The notes below the pieces were generated by a model that was not told the origin of the DNA, made no database searches, and was given only the letters and a program-made list of their open reading frames with translations. DNA of 52,172 bases from positions 1 through 52,172 of the forward strand of contig JBIOVQ010000229.1 in NCBI GenBank assembly GCA_044867805.1, written 5' to 3'. Below, piece after piece: positions 8,507 through 16,809 of the stretch; position 1 is the stretch's first letter; every line of letters starts with the position of its first letter. Both the position numbers and the translations under genes were made by a program. The DNA comes from Burkholderiales bacterium. GTDB lineage: Bacteria > Pseudomonadota > Gammaproteobacteria > Burkholderiales > SG8-41.

Positions 8507-10654
8507 TCAAGCATCTTTCCGCTCCTCCCCCACCACTCCCATCTTGGTCCCCCGCTGCCCCAGTGTGACCACGCTGTCCACCTGCAAGCCCTTGGGAAGC
8601 TGGTGGGTGATGAATAGCATCGTTACGCGGCCTCGGAACTGATTGACGGTGCGGGCGAACTGCTCGGCCGTGGCGGGATCCAGGCCGCTCGTCGCCTCGT
8701 CGAAGATCAGGATGCGCGGCCGCTTCAAGAGCGCGCGGGCGATGGCGATGCGCTGCTTCTGCCCGCCCGAGAGCCCTGCTCCGTGCTCGCCGATCTCGGT
8801 CTGGTAGCCCTGTGGCAACTGCTCGATCGTGTCGTGGATTTCGGCCAGCTTGCAGGCCTGGATCACCTGCTCGAAAGTGGCGTGCGGGTTGGCGAGGACC
8901 AGGTTGTCGTAGAGGGTGCCGCTGAAGAGCACCGTCTCCTGCGGCACGACGCCAAAATGGCTCCGCAGCTCGTTCGCGCTCAGATGGCGCACATCCCGCG
9001 CGTCAACGGCGATGCTCCCCTCCTCCGGCTGAAAGAAGCCCTGGAGGAGCTTCGCCAGCGTGCTCTTGCCGCTGCCGGACGGGCCCATGATGCCCACGCA
9101 CTTGCCCGGCTCGATCGTCAGGCTGAACGCCTTGTACAGGTACGGCAGGTTGGGTGCGTAGCGGAAGCTGAGCCCTTTCACCTCGATCCACCCCTCGCCC
9201 TTCGTTTCCCGCGCGGGCAGCAGCGAGTACGGCTCGGCGGGCGCGTTCATCACGTCACCCAGCCGCCGCACTGCGATATCGGCCTGCTGGAACTGCTGCC
9301 AGAGGCCGACCAGGTGCAGCATGGGTTGCGAAAGCCGGCCCGCGAACATCTGGAACGCGACCAGCATGCCGATGGTGAACTCCTGGCTCGTCATGACCAT
9401 CCAGGCGCCGACGCACAGGATGGCGAGCATCAGAAGCTGCTCCAGCATGTGAGCGGCAACGCTGTAGGTATTGCCGAGCTGCCGGGTGCTGAAGCCCGCC
9501 TGCAGATAGGAAGCGAGGTAGTCCCCGAAGCGCCGCTTGAGCTGCGGCTCCATCTGCAGCGATTTCACGGTCTCCATTCCGGAGACGTACTCCGTGAGGA
9601 AGGCCTGGTTGCGGGCGCCGAGCAGGAACTGCTGGTTCAGGCGCCGCCGCAGGGCCGGAGTCACGGCCAGGCTCAACCCCACGATCAGCAGCAGGATGGC
9701 GACCGCAATGAGCGTCAACGTGACGCTGTAATAGAACATGACCGCGAGGAAGATGAACAGGAACGGCACGTCCAGCACCAGCGTCACCGCAGCGCTGCTC
9801 AGAAACTCCCGAATCGTCTCGACCCCTTGCACTCGCGCCACCAGCACGCCGGTCGGCCGATGCTCGAAATAGCGCGGCGGCAGCCTGAAGAGATGCTCGA
9901 AGACCTGCGAGCCGAGCACCGCGTCTATGCGATTGCCGGTGTGGAGCACAAGGTACTGCCGCACCCAGCTCATGATCGCGGTGAAAACGATGAACACTCC
10001 AAGCGCGATGCCGATGACGGCGAGCGTGCTGAGCGTCTGATGAACGATGACCTTGTCTATCACGACCTGGGTGAAGACCGGCGTTGCCAGCGCCATCAAC
10101 TGGATCGCCAGCGACGCGAGCAGCACATCGCGCCAGATTGCCCGGTGCCGGACCAGCTCGGGGATGAACCAGCGGAATCCGAATTCACGAGGCGTCCCCG
10201 AAGCCGCGTCTTCCCCTTTCAGCTCGGGGGCCGCCGGGGCACATAGCAGGACCTTTCCGGAATATTGCCCGGCAAATGCCTCGAGCGTGGAAGTCATCGG
10301 CTGCTGCCGGCCTTCCTCGAAATACACCACATTGTCCCCGTCGCATTTCACGACGACGGCCAGGCGCTGAGGCCGGGGAAGCTCCTGCATATCCGGCGCG
10401 CTTTCCGATGCTGCATTCGGATTCAGCGTCGCGACAAACGGCGCGGGCAGCCGCGATAGCTCGCGTGCCGCCACATCGCGCAAGCCGCTCTTGAGGCCAA
10501 GGGCGGCCGCCGCCTGCTGCAAGGAGAGCAGGCTATAAGGAGGGGGAAACTGCTGAAGAACCAGTTTCGGAGAAACAGGGACACGGTGGATCCGGCAGAT
10601 TCCCTGCAGGGCCCACGTATAAGTTTCAGCAGCCAGCAGCAGTCCGGTAGCCAG
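8507..10654 (-). CDS. Type I secretion ABC transporter with C39-like N-terminal domain (HlyB family); start uncertain
   Basis: Walker A GPSGSGKST, LSGGQKQRIAIARA, IFDEATS; FGFRWFIPEL and QVVIDKVIVH typical of HlyB; frame stays open upstream of the track's TTG 10522; CTG 10654 has GGGGAG 7 nt upstream. Confidence 0.92.
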   Translation of the reverse strand: MATGLLLAAETYTWALQGICRIHRVPVSPKLVLQQFPPPYSLLSLQQAAAALGLKSGLRDVAARELSRLPAPFVATLNPNAASESAPDMQELPRPQRLAVVVKCDGDNVVYFEEGRQQPMTSTLEAFAGQYSGKVLLCAPAAPELKGEDAASGTPREFGFRWFIPELVRHRAIWRDVLLASLAIQLMALATPVFTQVVIDKVIVHQTLSTLAVIGIALGVFIVFTAIMSWVRQYLVLHTGNRIDAVLGSQVFEHLFRLPPRYFEHRPTGVLVARVQGVETIREFLSSAAVTLVLDVPFLFIFLAVMFYYSVTLTLIAVAILLLIVGLSLAVTPALRRRLNQQFLLGARNQAFLTEYVSGMETVKSLQMEPQLKRRFGDYLASYLQAGFSTRQLGNTYSVAAHMLEQLLMLAILCVGAWMVMTSQEFTIGMLVAFQMFAGRLSQPMLHLVGLWQQFQQADIAVRRLGDVMNAPAEPYSLLPARETKGEGWIEVKGLSFRYAPNLPYLYKAFSLTIEPGKCVGIMGPSGSGKSTLAKLLQGFFQPEEGSIAVDARDVRHLSANELRSHFGVVPQETVLFSGTLYDNLVLANPHATFEQVIQACKLAEIHDTIEQLPQGYQTEIGEHGAGLSGGQKQRIAIARALLKRPRILIFDEATSGLDPATAEQFARTVNQFRGRVTMLFITHQLPKGLQVDSVVTLGQRGTKMGVVGEERKDA

Positions 10655-11073
10655 AGACCTGCTCCCCTGCGTTGCGTCAGCGCGTATCTCTTCGCGCCCT
10701 AACGGGCGTTTGCCAGCCCGGTTAGGGCCGGTCGCTTTGCTCCTATCGCCCTCTCTTCGTCCCCGGACGAGAGCCTCGCAAATCGCCGAACCGGACCAGC
10801 TATCGCCCCCACGGCTACGGGGTGAACTGGCTTCTCATTGGGGAAGAGTTAACGGCTTGCTGTACCAAAAATCAAATCTATCAAAATGTTAGGTTTAGGT
10901 TCGGCCCCAAACCGCTTGAAACAGAAAGCGAATCTCCCGTTTGTCTCTCTCAGCCGCCGTACCGTCGCCTCGCGTGCCGTCGTTACTTGCTCTTCCCAAT
11001 GTGCGATCCCGTACCAACGGGCCAGGCACGCCGCCGGCCGCACTACACGATGCCGCGAAAGGTTGATCTACGC

Positions 11074-11115
11074 TGTCAGGAAATCCCGACAATTCATGTC
11101 AGGATTTTCCTTACA
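11074..11115. promoter_or_regulatory. Tandem imperfect palindromes, putative operator upstream of the T1SS operon
   Basis: TGTCAGGAAATCCCGACA (11074-11091) and TGTCAGGATTTTCCTTACA (11097-11115), 23-bp period. Confidence 0.45.
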
Positions 11116-11182
11116 GGCAGCGGACAGGTGCCCCGCAAAAACAACAGGGCCAGCTCTCCGCTGGCCCTGTTCTCGTCCGTCG

Positions 11183-11201
11183 GAGGGGAGTATCCCCTCA
11201 T
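11183..11201 (+). repeat. Partial copy of GTAG-type REP-like palindrome
   Basis: GAGGGGAGTATCCCCTCAT, identical to the core at 31780-31797. Confidence 0.75.
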
Positions 11202-11213
11202 TTCGTTCGGTGC

Positions 11214-11678
11214 CTAGGGCTTCAGCTGCCCCCTGATTTCACCGCCCTTGTTCTTGGCGCTGTGCACGTTGACGTAGAGACCGCTCTTTTTGTAGGCCGC
11301 GTATTGCGCGTCGGTCAGCCTGGCGCCGGCGGGAACGGACCACGTGTTGCCGTCGCTGCTCTTGGTGAGCGGGATGATCACCGGGCCGTTGCGTCCGGCC
11401 GGGGCCATGTGGATGTGCGCCGCGGTGCCGACGACTCCCGTGGTCTTGACGCTGCCGCTCACCGTCTTGTCGTCCTTGATGGTGATCGTGCCGCTTCCCG
11501 AAGCCTCGGTCGTGACCGGGGGATTTTGCTCGGAGCCGCTGAGCTTCACGTTGTCGCCCGCGAAGAATCCCTTGGTCGAATCCCACGCCCCACTCATCGT
11601 CTCGCAGCCGGAAAGCGCCAGCGCTGCCGCCGCAACCAGCATGGGAATCACCGCGCGAACCTTGCTTGATATTGTCAT
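11214..11678 (-). CDS. CHRD-domain lipoprotein
   Basis: LALSGC lipobox; LSGSEQNPPV, AAHIH, GPVI, LYVNVHS, GGEIRGQL; GGAGGAG RBS. Confidence 0.9.
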   Translation of the reverse strand: MTISSKVRAVIPMLVAAAALALSGCETMSGAWDSTKGFFAGDNVKLSGSEQNPPVTTEASGSGTITIKDDKTVSGSVKTTGVVGTAAHIHMAPAGRNGPVIIPLTKSSDGNTWSVPAGARLTDAQYAAYKKSGLYVNVHSAKNKGGEIRGQLKP

Positions 11679-11852
11679 ACGCTCCTCCTATGAGCTGTAT
11701 AGTCGTGGAAACTGCACGGCACGGCATGCTGCGCGATTCTAGCGAAAAGCCCTGCCTCCCTAGCAGTCCCGCGGATCAACCATACTACAGGACCGGCGCG
11801 CCGGGCCAGCGCCGCAAATCCGGGCTTAAGTCACGCCGTCACGCCGGAAGGC

Positions 11853-11990
11853 TCAGAACCGATCTCAAAAATAGCCACAGAATCACACGGAATTACACGG
11901 ACGAGAACCCCGCCTGTTGATGGCCGGCGGCTCTTTGGGAATTCTGTGTGTTTCCGTGTGTTTCCGTGGCTGAAGTGGTTCTTGAGGTAG
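11853..11990 (+). repeat. ~140-bp MITE-like element, copy 1 (degenerate ends)
   Basis: AGAACCGATCTCAAAAATAGCCACAGAATCACACGGAATTACACGG...TTCCGTGTGTTTCCGTGGCTGAAGTGG; matches 12454-12599 and, reversed, 37334-37480. Confidence 0.9.
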
Positions 11991-12006
11991 CGCGCCCTTC
12001 GGGCGC

Positions 12007-12450
12007 TCAGCGCACTACCAGGACAGGCACCTTGGAATGGGTCAGGACCTTGGCGGTCTCGCTGCCCAGCAGGAGGCTCGACAGCCCGCGCCGCCCGTGG
12101 GACGCCATCATGACGAGATCGCATTTCTTGCGCCGTGTGGTCGCGACGATTTCCTGGTGGGGCTGGTCGCTGGAGACGCACAGGGTCGCACAGCGCACGC
12201 CACGCGACCGCGCCTGCTTCGCCACGGCTTCGAGCATGGCTTTAGCCCGCGCCAGGCCCTCGTCCTGGAAGCGCTTCTTCAACGCCGGGCTGAGGGGCAC
12301 GATGCCTTCGTCCGCCATGAACTTGAATTCAGGCACGACATGCAGGGCCGTCACGCGTGCCCTGATCTTCTTCGCGAACTCGATGCCGCGCTTCACCGCC
12401 TTGTCGGAGACGGGAGACCCGTCGGTCGGCAGCAGTATGTGCTTGAACAT
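12007..12450 (-). CDS. Universal stress protein (UspA family)
   Basis: MFKHILLPTDGS; DLVMMASHGRRG; LLGSETAKVLTHSKVPVLVVR. Confidence 0.95.
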   Translation of the reverse strand: MFKHILLPTDGSPVSDKAVKRGIEFAKKIRARVTALHVVPEFKFMADEGIVPLSPALKKRFQDEGLARAKAMLEAVAKQARSRGVRCATLCVSSDQPHQEIVATTRRKKCDLVMMASHGRRGLSSLLLGSETAKVLTHSKVPVLVVR

Positions 12451-12453
12451 GGC

Positions 12454-12599
12454 CTAGAACCGATCTAAAAAATAGCCACAGAATCACACGGAATTACACG
12501 GACGAGAACCTAACCTGTTGACGGTCCGTAGTAGTTTGGGAGTTTCTGTGTGGTTCCGTGTGTTTCCGTGGCTGAAGTGGGTCTTGAGACAGCTTCTAG
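12454..12599 (+). mobile_element. 146-bp MITE-like element, copy 2, bounded by CTAG
   Basis: CTAGAACCGATCT...GAGACAGCTTCTAG imperfect terminal inverted repeats; internal inverted 10-nt-period arrays. Confidence 0.8.
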
Positions 12600-13045
12600 T
12601 GAGTCTTGCCCAGCCGGTGCGCAGGAATAGCGAGCGCCACGACTTCGATGCCTTCGTCCTTGAGGGAATCGACCTCTTCGCGGGACGCCGTGCCCCGTAT
12701 GCGGCGCTCGGCGGTCTCGTGGTAGTGGATCTTGCGCGCCTCCTCGGGAAACGCGGGGCCCACGTCTTCGGTGTTCTCGAGGATCTGCTCGACCATCCTG
12801 GCGAGGATGTCTTTGCCGACGTTCGCGTACTGCTGCTGCGGCTGGACGGGCGTTGCCTTGGGCGCCGGCCGCTCCTTGCCAGCGGTCCCGATGTGGGGCG
12901 CGTGCGGCAGCCGTGCCACGTTCGCATTGCCGCACAGCGGGCACGTGACCAGCCTGCTCCCGGACTGGCGCTCGAAGTCCTCGTTCGAGGCAAACCAGCC
13001 CTCGAAGCGATGATTGTTCTCGCAGCCCAGATTAAAGACGATCAC
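12596..13045 (-). CDS. DUF1178 family protein
   Basis: IVFNLGCENNHRFEGWFAS, CPLCG, EDVGPAFPEEARKIHY, IRGTAS. Confidence 0.9.
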   Translation of the reverse strand: MIVFNLGCENNHRFEGWFASNEDFERQSGSRLVTCPLCGNANVARLPHAPHIGTAGKERPAPKATPVQPQQQYANVGKDILARMVEQILENTEDVGPAFPEEARKIHYHETAERRIRGTASREEVDSLKDEGIEVVALAIPAHRLGKTH

Positions 13046-13196
13046 GTTGTCCCTCGCTTCGTCCGACTCCAGCCTCGATCATCTTGCTCTAACTAAGTGC
13101 GTTGCCGAACGTAATAATGCCACAAACAGCCCACGCATGATTTGGGGTACCGAATCGGCTTCACACCCCATATGTTGGGGTCAGGTGGTGCTGCGG

Positions 13197-13284
13197 TGGT
13201 GCCCAGGGCCGGACTCGAACCGGCACGGCCTTGCGGCCAAGGCATTTTAAGTGCCTAGCGTCTACCAAGTTTCGCCACCCGGGC
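13197..13284 (-). tRNA. tRNA-Leu (TAA)
   Basis: GCCCGGGTGGCGAAACTTGGTAGACGC...CTTAAAA...long variable arm...GGTTCGAGTCC...CACCA. Confidence 0.97.
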
Positions 13285-13299
13285 GGCGGCGCTGCGAGT

Positions 13300-13373
13300 T
13301 GGAGGCGGGGGTCGGAATCGAACCGGCGTCCACGGCTTTGCAGGCCGCTGCATGACCACTCTGCCACCCCGCC
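13300..13373 (-). tRNA. tRNA-Cys (GCA)
   Basis: GGCGGGGTGGCAGAGTGGTCATGC...CTGCAAA...GGTTCGATTCC...CTCCA, 74 nt. Confidence 0.97.
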
Positions 13374-13439
13374 GCTGCAAACTAAAAGGGATAACGAAGC
13401 TTCACGCCGCCCATGCGGCCTTCGTTATCCCCGGGAATC

Positions 13440-13515
13440 TGGAGCGGGAAAGGAGTCTCGAACTCCCGACCTCAACCTTGGCAAGGTTGCGCTCTACCAA
13501 CTGAGCTATTCCCGC
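13440..13515 (-). tRNA. tRNA-Gly (GCC)
   Basis: GCGGGAATAGCTCAGTTGGTAGAGC...TTGCCAA...GTTCGAG...CTCCA, 76 nt; classic pgsA-Gly-Cys-Leu order. Confidence 0.97.
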
Positions 13516-13558
13516 GATTCGTAAGGAAAATTATAGTTACCTGGCCCCCCGCTGGCAA

Positions 13559-14128
13559 CTACGGCCGGCGCCACGCCTGCGGCAGCGCAAGCTTCAGATA
13601 GTACGCCATTGAAATCAGCGTCAAGGCCGCGGCGATCCAGATAAGCCATGTGCCGACCCGCTGCGGATCGAAGGCGCCGAGCCGGTCGTGGTAGAGCAGG
13701 AGCGGGATCGCGAGCATCTGCGAGGCGGTCTTGATCTTGCCGATGAACGCCACCGCCAGGCCCTTCTCCGTGCTGGTGCCGGCCATCCATTCGCGCAGGG
13801 CCGAGATCGCGATCTCGCGCCCGATGATGATCAGCGCGATGATCGCGTCGACGCGCTCGAGCTGGACCAGGGTGATCAGCGCCGCCGCCACCATCAGCTT
13901 GTCCGCCACCGGATCGAGAAACGCCCCGAACGCGGAGGTCTGGTTGAGCTTGCGGGCGAGCCAGCCGTCGAGCCAGTCGGTGACGGCGGCGGCCGTGAAA
14001 ATGATGGTCGCCACCAGGTTCTGGTTGGGGACCGATACCCAGCTCTTCTCGAAGTAGAAAATGCCGACGAACAGCGGAATCAGGACGATCCGCAGCCAGG
14101 TCAATAGATTGGGCAGGTTGAGCGGCAT
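13559..14128 (-). CDS. pgsA: CDP-diacylglycerol--glycerol-3-phosphate 3-phosphatidyltransferase
   Basis: NLPNLLTWLRI; DWLDGWLAR...GAFLDPVADK; overlaps uvrC stop. Confidence 0.96.
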   Translation of the reverse strand: MPLNLPNLLTWLRIVLIPLFVGIFYFEKSWVSVPNQNLVATIIFTAAAVTDWLDGWLARKLNQTSAFGAFLDPVADKLMVAAALITLVQLERVDAIIALIIIGREIAISALREWMAGTSTEKGLAVAFIGKIKTASQMLAIPLLLYHDRLGAFDPQRVGTWLIWIAAALTLISMAYYLKLALPQAWRRP

Positions 14129-16017
14129 CAGTGCAATTCGCCGTGGATCTTCTCCGCCAGTGTACGGCCTATTCCCTCTATCTGGGCAAGTTCGTCTATG
14201 CTGGCGGCGAGCAGGCCGCGCAGGCCGCCGAAGCGCGCGAGCAGCTTCTGGCGGCGCCGCGCGCCTATGCCCGCAATGCTTTCCAGCGGAGAGCTGCTGC
14301 GCGCCTTGGCGCGGCGCGCGCGATGCCCCTGGATCGCGAAGCGGTGAGCTTCGTCTCGTATCTGCTGGATGAGGTGCAGCGCCGGATGATCCGGCGCCAG
14401 CACGATGGCATCCTGCCGGCCCGCCCGGAACAGCTGCTCCAGCCCCGGGCGGCGCTCCTCGCCCTTGGCGACCGCGACCAGGGCGACATCGTGCAGGCCG
14501 TAATCCTCAAGCACTTCGGTCGCCACGGCGAGCTGCCCCTTGCCGCCGTCGATCAGGACGAGGTCGGGAACTCTGCCCTCGCCCGCCACGACTTTGCGGT
14601 AGCGGCGCGACAGGACATCACGCAGTGCCGCGTAGTCGTCTCCAGGCGTGATTGCGGCGCGATGAGCGGCGCCCGGCGTCCGCCCGATCGCGCCGGCGTC
14701 AATCGGCGACTCGACGTCAGTATTGACGCGAATGTTGAAGCGCCGGTACTCGCCCTTCTGCATTGCCGACCGCTCGTAGACCACGCACGAGGCGACCGTC
14801 GCCTCGCCCATGGTATGGCTGATATCGAAGCACTCGATGCGTTGGGCGGTTTCCGGCAGATCGAGCGCCTGCTGCAGGGCGCCGAGGCGGCTCTCCTGGG
14901 TTGCCTGCATGCCCAGCGCCTGTGCCGCGGCCAGGCGCGCGTTCTTCTCCGCCATCTCCAGCCATGCCTTGCGGGGGCCGGCGGGCATCGTCAACAGCTT
15001 CACTTTGTGCGCTGCCCGGGCCGCCAGCAGCTGCTCGACCGGCTCCGCGGCTATCTTCGCCCCGACCACGATCGCCGGCGGCGGGCTGTGCTGGACGTAA
15101 TGCTGCGCAACGAACGCATCCAGTACCTGCTCGGGACTGGATTCGGCTGCGTTGCGCGGAAAGAAGTTCCGGTCGCCCACGTGGCGGCCGCCGCGGATCA
15201 TCGCGAGGTTGACGCACACGACGCCGGCGTCCCGCGCGAAGGCGATGACATCCGTGTCATCGCCCTGCCCGCTCACGAACTGCTTCTGCAGGACCTTGCG
15301 CAGGGCCGCGACCTGGTCGCGCAGCACGGCTGCGTCCTCGTAGCGCGTTTGCGCGGCGGCTTCGTCCATGCGCGCCACAAGGCGATCCACTACTTCATCC
15401 TGCTTACCCGACAGGAACAAGACGGCATTCGCGACGTCTTCGGCGTAGCGAGCCTCGTCGATGAGCCGTACGCACGGCGCGCTGCAGCGCCTGATCTGGT
15501 GCAGCAGGCACGGGCGCGAGCGGTTGCTGAACACGGAGTCCTGGCAGGTGCGGATGCGAAACGCCTTTTGCATGAGCTGTATGCTTTCGCGCACCGCGCC
15601 CGCGTTCGGAAAAGGCCCGAAGTAGCGGTTGCGGTCGTCGAGTACGCCGCGATGGAATCCCAGCCGCGGATAGCGATGCCCCGACAGCATCAGGAACGGA
15701 TAGGTCTTGTCGTCCCGGAAGACGATGTTGTAGCGGGGAGCCAGGCTCTTGATGAGATTGCTTTCGAGCAGCAGCGCCTCTCCTTCGGAATGGGTCACGG
15801 TCGTTTCCACTGCAGCTACCTGGCCGAGCATCAGCTGGATGCGGGGACTCAGGCCGCCGGGCTTCTGGAAATACGACGCGACGCGCTTCTTGAGGTCAAG
15901 GGCTTTGCCGACGTAGAGCGCCTCGCCCGCCTGGTTCAGCATGCGATACACCCCCGGCAGGTGCGGCAGACCGGCAACGACGGTTGCGGGATCGAATACG
16001 GCGCTGTTGCGGACCAT
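14128..16017 (-). CDS. uvrC: Excinuclease ABC subunit C
   Basis: PGVYRM/LYVGKA GIY-YIG, IECFDISH, LIDGGKGQ, IRDEAHRFAI, HhH; start chosen at ATG 16017. Confidence 0.96.
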   Translation of the reverse strand: MVRNSAVFDPATVVAGLPHLPGVYRMLNQAGEALYVGKALDLKKRVASYFQKPGGLSPRIQLMLGQVAAVETTVTHSEGEALLLESNLIKSLAPRYNIVFRDDKTYPFLMLSGHRYPRLGFHRGVLDDRNRYFGPFPNAGAVRESIQLMQKAFRIRTCQDSVFSNRSRPCLLHQIRRCSAPCVRLIDEARYAEDVANAVLFLSGKQDEVVDRLVARMDEAAAQTRYEDAAVLRDQVAALRKVLQKQFVSGQGDDTDVIAFARDAGVVCVNLAMIRGGRHVGDRNFFPRNAAESSPEQVLDAFVAQHYVQHSPPPAIVVGAKIAAEPVEQLLAARAAHKVKLLTMPAGPRKAWLEMAEKNARLAAAQALGMQATQESRLGALQQALDLPETAQRIECFDISHTMGEATVASCVVYERSAMQKGEYRRFNIRVNTDVESPIDAGAIGRTPGAAHRAAITPGDDYAALRDVLSRRYRKVVAGEGRVPDLVLIDGGKGQLAVATEVLEDYGLHDVALVAVAKGEERRPGLEQLFRAGRQDAIVLAPDHPALHLIQQIRDEAHRFAIQGHRARRAKARSSSPLESIAGIGARRRQKLLARFGGLRGLLAASIDELAQIEGIGRTLAEKIHGELH

Positions 16018-16034
16018 GGCGGGGCCGGGTGGCA

Positions 16035-16679
16035 CTAGCGGAAACCGGCGGCGCAAAGATGCTGGCGGATGGCGTCGAAGACGCCCCTGAACATCGCCGG
16101 GGTGAGCCGCCGCGTCTGCGTATTATAGCGGCTGCAGTGATAGCTATCGAACAGCACGATCCCGCGCGCGAGCGCGTGCCGGGCGCCGTGCGTGAACGGG
16201 AGCAGCGCGTTTCTTGAGCCCGCCGCGGTCACCACCGCGCCATGCGCGATGACGCCCAGCGCCAGTATCGCCGCGCCATCCGGCAACGCGTTCATCTCCT
16301 CACGCAAATAGCCATTGCAACGCCGTACTTCGTCCGGCTGTGGATGGTTCGCGGGTGGCAGGCACTTGACCGCATTGGTGATGCGGCAATGGCTGAGCCG
16401 CAAGCCGTCGCGTGCGTGCTCCGAGACGGGACGGCTGGCGAATCCGTGGCGATGCAGCGTCTCGTAGAGCAGGATGCCGGCATGGTCCCCGGTAAAGGGG
16501 CGGCCGGTGCGGTTCGCGCCGTGCATCCCGGGAGCGAGCCCCACCACCAGCAGCCACGCCCGTTGCGGGCCGAAGGGCGCAACGGGCCGCGCGTGGTACT
16601 CGGGGTGCGTCTCGCGCACGCGGTCCAGGTGGCGCGCCAGCCGGGGACAGCGGCGGCAGGCGGTCGAGAACGGGAGCAT
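16035..16679 (-). CDS. Uracil-DNA glycosylase, Fe-S type (family 5-like)
   Basis: CRRCPRL, GLAPGMHGANRTGRPFTGD, NAVKCLPPAN, SYHCSRYNTQT. Confidence 0.92.
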   Translation of the reverse strand: MLPFSTACRRCPRLARHLDRVRETHPEYHARPVAPFGPQRAWLLVVGLAPGMHGANRTGRPFTGDHAGILLYETLHRHGFASRPVSEHARDGLRLSHCRITNAVKCLPPANHPQPDEVRRCNGYLREEMNALPDGAAILALGVIAHGAVVTAAGSRNALLPFTHGARHALARGIVLFDSYHCSRYNTQTRRLTPAMFRGVFDAIRQHLCAAGFR

Positions 16680-16700
16680 TTAGCGCAGCCCCTTGGACAT

Positions 16701-16737
16701 GAATGAGGGGATACTCCGCTCATGCTCCCCTACATCA
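16701..16737 (-). repeat. GTAG-type REP-like element
   Basis: Reverse complement TGATGTAGGGGAGCATGAGCGGAGTATCCCCTCATTC; one mismatch to the copy near 31763. Confidence 0.9.
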
Positions 16738-16809
16738 CGGGCCGTTTCATTCATTTCGAAACGGCCTACTAGTGTAGAATGACGCCCTTTTTGCAGGCAG
16801 AGCGGCGCA

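Noticed and set aside
10695-10790. Possible c-di-GMP-I riboswitch on the minus strand (GCAAAGCGACCGGCCCTAA plus hairpin)
   Set aside because: The upstream GGCAAA/GNRA-capped stem is not recognisable in the right order; an Rfam scan would settle it
11853-12599. Repeats with internal periodicity as a CRISPR array
   Set aside because: No regular repeat-spacer series and no cas genes; the same applies to 31745-31863 and 42798-43389
13197-13284. tRNA-Leu as integration site (att) for the RTX region
   Set aside because: No integrase and no duplicated tRNA 3' end seen; the adjacent DUF1178, USP and CHRD genes look native
13387-13432. GGGATAACGAAG...CTTCGTTATCCC hairpin between tRNA-Gly and tRNA-Cys
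   Set aside because: Ordinary tRNA-operon spacer stem; single copy
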